Shown: piece by piece, positions 16,566 through 23,580 of the stretch
How positions within the stretch are numbered: position 1 is the stretch's first letter
How the letters are laid out: every line of letters starts with the position of its first letter
Source: Gammaproteobacteria bacterium
GTDB taxonomy: Bacteria > Pseudomonadota > Gammaproteobacteria > SZUA-152
Length of the DNA: 28,394 nucleotides
NCBI GenBank assembly: GCA_050118235.1
Contig: JASFLF010000001.1
Span: 1 to 28,394 of the forward strand
Reading direction: 5' to 3'
The notes under the pieces: model-generated
The model's input: only the letters and a program-made list of their open reading frames with translations
Databases searched by the model: none
What the model was told of the DNA's origin: nothing
Made by a program: the position numbers and the translations under genes

Positions 16566-17900
16566 GTGAGTGAATTCGTACTAGTTTTACAGGACTACGG
16601 GGTTGGTTTTGGTGAGAAAATCATCTTAAGCTCTGTCAATCTCGAAATTCCCGAACGGGGTGTTTTTTTGTTGATGGGGCCGGCTGGTACAGGCAAGTCA
16701 ACACTGCTAAGAACAATCGCCGGCATAAATGACGCAAATCCATCCCTGCGGACCTGGGGTTCAGCGAGCTATGCGGGAGAGCCTTTAAGTGAAAGTGAAC
16801 TGCCGGTGCTGGTGGCTCAAAACACAAAATTATTGCTCGCCAATGTGTTGGACAACGTTATTCACGACTTACCCGAACGACGGTCACTGTCAAGAATTCA
16901 ACAAATCGACATGGGGAAAAGACTATTGGTACATAGCGGATTGAGTGAACTCTCGGAAGATCTGGAAAAAAGCGTGGTGGATCTACCGCTTCACTTGCAA
17001 AGACACCTGGCTATTGCTAGATCCGCTGCCGCCAATCCTAAGTTACTTCTAATTGATGAGCCCACTACCGGAGTCGAGGAACAGGTTTGTAAATCATTGA
17101 TTGAATATATTAAGCAAGAATCCGAACGCCGGGCGGTTCTTGTCGTCGTGCATAATCAGAAACACGCGAATTTGTTTAAAGGAAAAATGGCGCTATTAGC
17201 AGGCGGATGGGTCCATGAGAGTAAGGATACATTGCGTTTTCTTAGTAATCCGGAATCCTCTGCCGGCAAATGTTTTGTGCAGACCGGATCGTGTGATGTG
17301 CCATCACCTTCCGCAAAACTGGAAGAATTAAGTGATGAGGCAATCAGCAAATACAATCCTCCGCCACTATGTGAGGCGGCAAAACAATATGTCAGTGACG
17401 CGTTTGGCCCGCGTAATTTTCTATGGCTGAAAAAAGGTCGTTTGGCAGGCACCCCTAAGCCCGGATTGTTAACCGATATTGATCATGATTTGAAAGCACT
17501 TAAAAGAGTTGGAGTGACAGTATTGGTAACGTTGACTGAGTCGCCCATGGACAAAGAAATTCTGGATGAATACGAGATTCGTAATGTGTTTTTCCCAATT
17601 GATGACATGGGGTCTCCCAATATCGAGGATGCCAAAAAACTGTGTTATCGAATCAGCCGACTGTTGCAAAAAGATGAAGTGGTTGCTATGCATTGTAAGG
17701 CCGGATTAGGAAGGACCGGAACAATGTTGGCTGCGATGTTGATCTGGGATGGGCTGTCCGCTTTAGAAGCCTTAGAAAGTACTCGACGCATTGAACCGAG
17801 ATGGGTGCAATCTGATGACCAGATAGTATTTTTAGAGGAGTTCGAAAACAGTGTTGACGCCGATAGAGGAAGTTTAACAAAAGTATCGTCTTGTGTGTGA
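16566..17900 (+). CDS. Fusion of an ABC-type ATPase domain and a dual-specificity/tyrosine (CX5R) phosphatase
   Basis: Walker A GPAGTGKST, Q-loop LVAQ, Walker B LLLIDEPTTG and H-loop VVVHN. C-terminal FPIDDMGSP and HCKAGLGRTG. Likely start is the GTG at 16566, because the ORF-track start overlaps the GTPase gene. Confidence 0.88.
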   Translation: MSEFVLVLQDYGVGFGEKIILSSVNLEIPERGVFLLMGPAGTGKSTLLRTIAGINDANPSLRTWGSASYAGEPLSESELPVLVAQNTKLLLANVLDNVIHDLPERRSLSRIQQIDMGKRLLVHSGLSELSEDLEKSVVDLPLHLQRHLAIARSAAANPKLLLIDEPTTGVEEQVCKSLIEYIKQESERRAVLVVVHNQKHANLFKGKMALLAGGWVHESKDTLRFLSNPESSAGKCFVQTGSCDVPSPSAKLEELSDEAISKYNPPPLCEAAKQYVSDAFGPRNFLWLKKGRLAGTPKPGLLTDIDHDLKALKRVGVTVLVTLTESPMDKEILDEYEIRNVFFPIDDMGSPNIEDAKKLCYRISRLLQKDEVVAMHCKAGLGRTGTMLAAMLIWDGLSALEALESTRRIEPRWVQSDDQIVFLEEFENSVDADRGSLTKVSSCV

Positions 17901-18087
17901 AGTGTGGAAATTTTGTTGTGTAAAACAGTAAGTAGTGGAAACTAGTTGAATAAAAAATTGGATATAGTTAAGTAACAAAAAAGTAAAAGTAATATTAACC
18001 TATCAAAAAACTATTCTATTGGACGATAAATAGATAGTTGTGAAAAACAACCAAACAAATACGTTGGGCTCAAATAGGAGTAATATA

Positions 18088-18492
18088 ATGTCATTAGATC
18101 AAGTATTAAACGAAGCGATGAAACAGGTTCCGGAATGTGTCGCTGCAGGTTATGTGGATTTATCTACTGGTATGTTGCTGGGCGTCAAAACTGTCGACTC
18201 CCATCCTGCCGAAGTCTTGGAAATAGTCGCAGCGGCGACTTCGGATATGTTTCAGGGGGCTAATGTTACATTGATCGAAAACATGTTTAAAAAGGCTCGA
18301 GGCACATCGGATGATGCACGGCACTACTTCCAAGAGATGGTTGTAATGAGCGAGAACTTGCTGCATTTGTTTATGCGATGTAAAGGAAATGAAGACCATG
18401 TTGTGGTTTTCGTATGTCGGAAATCCGCAAATATGGGTATGGTATTGACGAAAGCAAAAACTGCGTTGCCGTCGCTGGAGGCTGCTGTATAA
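18088..18492 (+). CDS. Roadblock/LC7-like protein (divergent)
   Basis: AGGAG ribosome-binding site at 18076-18080 precedes the ATG at 18088. The 134 aa have a roadblock-like helix/strand pattern (VAAGYVDLSTGMLLG, EMVVMSENLLHLF, NMGMVL). Confidence 0.7.
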   Translation: MSLDQVLNEAMKQVPECVAAGYVDLSTGMLLGVKTVDSHPAEVLEIVAAATSDMFQGANVTLIENMFKKARGTSDDARHYFQEMVVMSENLLHLFMRCKGNEDHVVVFVCRKSANMGMVLTKAKTALPSLEAAV

Positions 18493-18659
18493 AGGCACAG
18501 TGTTGAAAGAGGGTTATCAGAGTATTGTGATTGGATTACTTATGCAATACTCTTTTAACCAATTAGCGAACTAAGTGGTGGACAGGTAAGCTTTTGATTT
18601 ATAAAAAGTGTAAACAGATAGACATTCTTATTTCTGAAATTTATAAGGAAAAGTAGATC

Positions 18660-19070
18660 ATGGCATCTGCAACAAGTTCGATAGAATCGGGGCGTAGTGA
18701 AGTTGCCATTGATAAAATGATTCGCCCCATATTACGAAGGCTAAATAGCGCTTCCGGACAAATTGAGGCGTCGTCCGTCATGTCGAGAGATGGAATAGGG
18801 GTGGCGTCAGTATTAGCCGATGGTGTAGATCCAGATCGTTTAGGGGCTATGTGTGCATCATTGTTGTCTCTGGCGGATACCACTGCGAAAGAATTGCAGA
18901 GGGGAAAAGTCAACCAGCTAGTATTGGAAGGAGAGAACGGCTACGTATTGATTATCCATGTCGGCACCAAAGCCGTGTTGGGTATCGTTACGCGAAAGAA
19001 TGCCAACCTGGGAATGGTGTTTGTGGAAGCGAAGAAAACCGCTGAAGAGATTCTTAGAATACTTCCATAG
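18660..19070 (+). CDS. Roadblock/LC7 (MglB-like) protein
   Basis: SSVMSRDG, DRLGAMCASLLSLA, LVLEGENGYVLI and NLGMVFVE are typical of roadblock/LC7 proteins. Confidence 0.88.
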   Translation: MASATSSIESGRSEVAIDKMIRPILRRLNSASGQIEASSVMSRDGIGVASVLADGVDPDRLGAMCASLLSLADTTAKELQRGKVNQLVLEGENGYVLIIHVGTKAVLGIVTRKNANLGMVFVEAKKTAEEILRILP

Positions 19071-19104
19071 TGATTTTCCTAAAGGTGAAAGAGCAAGTGG
19101 AGAA

Positions 19105-19515
19105 ATGGTTATGTGTGGTTCTACGAGTAAAAATAAAGCGAATATAAATTGTGAAGAGGGTAGACGCCTAGGCTGCGGAACATTCTGTTGCCGATTGCTG
19201 GTTCGGTTGGATCCCAATGAAATGGAACCTACAGATGATGGAATGCCATCTAAAGGCTTTGTAGACAAACTGCCCGATGGTAATTGCATCCACTTCCACC
19301 CAGACAAGCAGATTTGTAAAATTTGGCACAAACGCCCCAGAGTATGCCGAGAATACGAGTGTAATTCGGATTTTTTATTGCAGGTTGTACTAAGAAACGG
19401 TTTTAGTACGTTAGGGAAACTCGCAAAACAAGCGTCGAAGTCCTTCATACCCAAAGAAACCTACATCGATATTCCATTGCTTGACGACGACCATAACGAT
19501 CAAACACAGTCTTAG
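19105..19515 (+). CDS. YkgJ-family cysteine-cluster (Zn or Fe-S chelating) protein
   Basis: C...GCGTFCC, GNCIHF, CKIWHKRPRVCREYEC. GGAGA precedes ATGs at 19105 and 19111; the ORF-track start overlaps the roadblock gene. Confidence 0.8.
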   Translation: MVMCGSTSKNKANINCEEGRRLGCGTFCCRLLVRLDPNEMEPTDDGMPSKGFVDKLPDGNCIHFHPDKQICKIWHKRPRVCREYECNSDFLLQVVLRNGFSTLGKLAKQASKSFIPKETYIDIPLLDDDHNDQTQS

Positions 19516-19559
19516 CGGGATGTTCGTATTTGTAACTTGTAGCGGTAGCTAGAGGTACG

Positions 19560-20012
19560 CTAGTTGATCGTTTTCTGGGTTTCTATTAGATGAACCATTT
19601 TCCTATAGTGCACACCTTCTATATGCCTAGACTCATCCGTCAATTCAAAATTTTTCGATTGGTAAAATCGCGTGGTTGGCTCAACGGCATTGACCCACAC
19701 GCTTGGTAAATGCAACGTCTTGGCGATGTGCAGTAGGTAAATGAGGATGGCTTTGCCAATCGTTCGGCCCCGCCAAGAGGGTAATATGGCTATTTGCCCA
19801 ATCTCTCCATTTGGGTGTATGCAACCGGTTCCGATGGTGTTGCCATCACCGTCGTATGCAAGCACGTGATAACAATCGGGATCCGAATCGCTAATGATTT
19901 GATTGCGAGAAAAACCGAATTCTTTAACAAACACCGTTTCGCGTATGTGTTGAATCGTGTTTTGGTGATCTTTCCATTTGGAAAGATAAAAGCTGTAACC
20001 GGGTTTAGACAT
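19560..20012 (-). CDS. GNAT family N-acetyltransferase (YjcF/ElaA-like)
   Basis: IRETVFVKE, IGQIAILPSWRGRTIGKAIL (acetyl-CoA motif A) and FYQSKNF. Confidence 0.85.
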   Translation of the reverse strand: MSKPGYSFYLSKWKDHQNTIQHIRETVFVKEFGFSRNQIISDSDPDCYHVLAYDGDGNTIGTGCIHPNGEIGQIAILPSWRGRTIGKAILIYLLHIAKTLHLPSVWVNAVEPTTRFYQSKNFELTDESRHIEGVHYRKMVHLIETQKTIN

Positions 20013-20218
20013 AATACATCGAATGCTATATATTCTATTGAATACAAATAGTTATTACTGCTAGTTAAAGATCTCTATTATATAGAGGTTTTATTATTAT
20101 GCGATATGTTAGTGCGAATTACTATAAATTTGTTTATGCCGGTTGGAGATAGACGAGAAATGCAGTAGGACATTGATATTTGGACTGCAGTTTCCTTTGC
20201 GAAGCGCAAGATGGCTTG

Positions 20219-22411
20219 TCATTGCAACGAAAAATAAAATACCGCACCTTCACCCGGCTTGCTTTCTGCCCATATTTTACCACCATGGCGGTCAATGATT
20301 CTTTTGACGGTGGCCAGGCCAATGCCGGTTCCGGGGAATTCGTCAATACCGTGTAAACGCTGAAACGCACCAAATAGCTTTTCCGAGTATTGCATGTTAA
20401 ATCCAACGCCATTATCTTTTACAAAGTATATGCAATGAGCATTATCCAGCCTGCAGCCGCACTCCACCATGGCGTCGGTGTTTTGGCCGGTATATTTCCA
20501 CGCGTTATCCAAAAGATTGTCCATGACAATTCGTAGCAATCTTTGATCGCCTTTGGTATTCATGTTGGGCTCAATTTTTATGGTGATCTTGCGTTCCGGG
20601 TATAGTTCCGCTAAAGATGCTGCCGCTTCTTCGGCGATATCGCTCAAATTAACCGGTGCAATTAATAGCTTGTGACGGGATACGCGCGACAATAGCAGTA
20701 TATCATCAATAAGTTGCGCCATACGCTGGGCTGCCTTTCGTACCCGGTTTAGATAGTCGATACCGTGTTCGTCCAGTTTATCCTGGTAGTCTTCCAATAA
20801 TAACTGACTGAAACCATCGATGCTTCTTAAGGGTGAGCGTAGGTCGTGGGAAACGGAATAACTGAAGGATTCCAGTTCCCGTATCGCACCTTCCAATTCC
20901 GCGGTTCGTTCCGAAACCATGTGTTCCAGTTGCTCACGGTAGCGCTTCAGTTCTGACTCAGTTTGCTTGCGCTGTTTTATGTCACGTACGAACACCACGC
21001 CGGAAGGTTCGCCATCCCATTGGCTGATAAATGCGGTCAGTTCCACCGGAACCGGTTCGCTGGATTTTTTATCGGTAAACAACGTTTCGTATTGGATAGG
21101 CTCATTCTGACCTTTTAGGCGTCGCTTGAATCGTTGTACTACGTTATCTTTTTCGCTGGGGTGTACCACATAATCGAGATCCGATCCTATGATTTCGTCA
21201 ACCGTGGTATTTAATATCTCGGCCATGTGCTGATTGGCGAAAACATGTTTGCCTTTTTTGTTGACCAAAATGCCATCGGTGGCGTTGTTGGCCAGAGAGC
21301 GCAAATTTTCCTCGCTTTCTTTAATTCGTTTTTCATTTCGGATACGATCACTAATGTCCGTTGTAATCCCACATATCGCATAAACATCATTGTTTATATC
21401 GAACAGACAAAATTTTGTTGAGATAAACGTCTTTAGCTCTTCTCCGTGAGGGACAATTTCTTCAATCTGTTGAATGGACTTGCTGGCTATCACTTTTTCG
21501 TCATTCGCCCGTAATTTATAGGCTATTTCTTGCGGAAATAACTCATAATCCGTTTTTCCCAGGAGGTGTTCCTCAGTGCTATCGAAAAAATCTGCAAACT
21601 GCTTATTAGCCAGCAAATATTTACCGTCCTTGTCTTTGGCGTAAATGATCGTTGGAGAATTATCCAAGATGGCTTGCAATAAATTTTCGTTTTCTCTTAA
21701 TGAGTCCTCTCCATTGCGTAAAGCAGTAAACAACTTGCTAATTGTCGCGCTCAGCTCTCCCACTTCGCCGGTAAAGCATGGAATAGGCGTAATTATACGA
21801 TGATTATCAATGTACTCAGTAACCGCGGTGGAAAGAGTCTTCAAATTCTTAGTTAAGGATGATAATAAAATGTAGAGAATAATAACCGTGGCCGTTACGA
21901 TGACCAGGGCGTCAATAATGTCTCTTTTTCGCACACCGGATACCAGGTGGTTTATGTCATTGGTGCTGAATTCCAAATGGAGTTCACCTACTGGAGTGTT
22001 GTTCTCCCGAAGTGGGAATACCACGTGAAACGAATCTTTGCCACCCAGGTTTTTTATGTTGCTCAACAAATCTCGATTGATGGGTGTGGATTGCCTGGCA
22101 ATGCCTGCTTGAGCAATAGTCTCATGGTCCGCCGATTTAACCGCGATGAAATTAGCGTTATGAGATTTACCAACACGCTTTACAATTTCAAGAATTTCCT
22201 CAATATCGTTATGTCTTATCGCTGAGACCAAAGTCGATGATATGAGCGTTGAAAATTCCGATATTTCTTCTTGTTTTTGTAATAGTAACTGATCCTTTGT
22301 GAGGTTGATGTCGTTCCATACCAGCAGGGAAAAAAGCACCATTTCTACAAACGCAATAGTAATGATCAATTTGGTGACTAGAGATACATCGCGATTGGAA
22401 AGTAATTGCAT
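20219..22411 (-). CDS. Membrane sensor histidine kinase with two PAS domains (orphan)
   Basis: Two hydrophobic segments and a HAMP-like linker. PAS regions ILDNSPTIIYAKDKDGKYLLAN and LANNATDGILV. H-box YSVSHDLRSPL, N-box NLLDNAWKY, G boxes VKDNGVGF and GTGIGLA. Confidence 0.92.
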   Translation of the reverse strand: MQLLSNRDVSLVTKLIITIAFVEMVLFSLLVWNDINLTKDQLLLQKQEEISEFSTLISSTLVSAIRHNDIEEILEIVKRVGKSHNANFIAVKSADHETIAQAGIARQSTPINRDLLSNIKNLGGKDSFHVVFPLRENNTPVGELHLEFSTNDINHLVSGVRKRDIIDALVIVTATVIILYILLSSLTKNLKTLSTAVTEYIDNHRIITPIPCFTGEVGELSATISKLFTALRNGEDSLRENENLLQAILDNSPTIIYAKDKDGKYLLANKQFADFFDSTEEHLLGKTDYELFPQEIAYKLRANDEKVIASKSIQQIEEIVPHGEELKTFISTKFCLFDINNDVYAICGITTDISDRIRNEKRIKESEENLRSLANNATDGILVNKKGKHVFANQHMAEILNTTVDEIIGSDLDYVVHPSEKDNVVQRFKRRLKGQNEPIQYETLFTDKKSSEPVPVELTAFISQWDGEPSGVVFVRDIKQRKQTESELKRYREQLEHMVSERTAELEGAIRELESFSYSVSHDLRSPLRSIDGFSQLLLEDYQDKLDEHGIDYLNRVRKAAQRMAQLIDDILLLSRVSRHKLLIAPVNLSDIAEEAAASLAELYPERKITIKIEPNMNTKGDQRLLRIVMDNLLDNAWKYTGQNTDAMVECGCRLDNAHCIYFVKDNGVGFNMQYSEKLFGAFQRLHGIDEFPGTGIGLATVKRIIDRHGGKIWAESKPGEGAVFYFSLQ

Positions 22412-22604
22412 TACTTGCGTCGGTCTCAGTGGTGAAAAAATAGTTCTGTAGAAATGCTTTCCCGTTTGTTGCTACATACATCAGGAGTTTAGCATTGTTG
22501 ATATGAATTGTAAGGCATGCGGGCGGCCGAGGGTAATGGCAAAGAAATATAATTAATTTAATATACTATAATGATAGTGTAACTAATTGTTTTTAAAGGT
22601 AATA

Positions 22605-22626
22605 AAAGACTTGTAAATAAGTCTTT
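22605..22626. promoter_or_regulatory. 8-bp inverted repeat upstream of the histidine kinase gene
   Basis: AAAGACTT-GTAAAT-AAGTCTTT. Confidence 0.35.
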
Positions 22627-22652
22627 GGAAGCATTTGGTGAGATTCAAAATT

Positions 22653-22727
22653 CATGACTTGAAAAAACGTAGTAGTTTTCCGGTTTGGTTTGAGCCCTGA
22701 AAAAGACTACGTTGTTTTCAAGCCATG
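22653..22727. repeat. Long imperfect inverted repeat downstream of adk
   Basis: CATGACTTGAAAAAACGTAGT ... ACTACGTTGTTTTCAAGCCATG, about 21-22 bp arms with one mismatch and one bulge. Confidence 0.65.
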
Positions 22728-22761
22728 ACTATCAAGCTGTAGCTATATAGTAGTCGTGGAA

Positions 22762-23409
22762 TTACACACCTAATTTGTTTTTGATGGCATCGATAACCGC
22801 TTCACTGGAGGTGGCGGTGACAGTTATTAGCATACCTTCTTTGTCATAAAAACCAATTAACGGCGCAGTTTTTTCATTGTAGGTTTCCAGGCGGTGGCTG
22901 ATAGCTTCTTCCGTTTCGTCTTCACGTTGTATCACGGGGCTACCACATTTGTCACAAACGCCTTCTTTTTTCGGCGGATTGCTTTTGACGTTGTAAATCG
23001 CCTGGCATTCGGTGTTCGAGCAAGTGCGTCGAGTGGTTAAACGGTCTAATATGACATCACGCGGTACGTCGATGTTTACCGCCATATCCAACTGAATGCC
23101 TAATTTCGCTAGTAGTTCTTTTAATGCTTCTGCTTGCGGTATGGTGCGGGGAAAGCCATCCAGTAAAAAGCCTTTTTGGCAATCGGGCTCTTGTAAGCGT
23201 TTTTCCATTATGCCCATAATCAGGGAATCGGGCACCAAGTCACCGCGCTTCATATATCCTTCGGCTTCTTTGCCCAAGTCCGTGCCGGCTTGCACGGCCC
23301 CGCGGAGTATATCACCCGTGGATATTTGTACAGATCCATCCATTTGTGTCAGTTGTTTTGCAACAGTGCCTTTGCCTGCGCCCGGCGCGCCCAATAAGAT
23401 CAATTTCAT
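22762..23409 (-). CDS. adk: Adenylate kinase (long form, Cys4 LID)
   Basis: GAPGAGKGT, ISTGDILR, GFLLDGFPR and REDETEE. GGAGGA ribosome-binding site before the ATG at 23409; the ORF-track start at 23460 is too early. Confidence 0.96.
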   Translation of the reverse strand: MKLILLGAPGAGKGTVAKQLTQMDGSVQISTGDILRGAVQAGTDLGKEAEGYMKRGDLVPDSLIMGIMEKRLQEPDCQKGFLLDGFPRTIPQAEALKELLAKLGIQLDMAVNIDVPRDVILDRLTTRRTCSNTECQAIYNVKSNPPKKEGVCDKCGSPVIQREDETEEAISHRLETYNEKTAPLIGFYDKEGMLITVTATSSEAVIDAIKNKLGV

Positions 23410-23580
23410 TCGGTTCCTCCCCGTGATGTGGATTTGAATAGAGACGCATTGTGCCTGCAAAATATCAATAAAATCAATACATAAAATGTTCTTTTGGACG
23501 TAGTGATAGAATTAATAGATCAATATCCGGCAACAATGCTTGGTTGATGTTTGAAGTATGACGGCAATCAATATGGGAAT

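Noticed and set aside
16566-17900. Ordinary ABC transporter ATP-binding subunit
   Set aside because: The LSGGQ signature is lost, there is no permease or binding-protein gene nearby, and a phosphatase domain is fused.
17929-18582. Shared motif TAAGT(A/G)GTGGA upstream of both roadblock genes (17929-17939, 18572-18582)
   Set aside because: Only two copies, at different distances from the starts, in AT-rich DNA; chance cannot be excluded without homologous sequences.
14600-19515. Genomic island or prophage
   Set aside because: It looks AT-richer by eye, but no integrase, transposase, tRNA target or flanking direct repeats are visible, so horizontal origin is unsupported.
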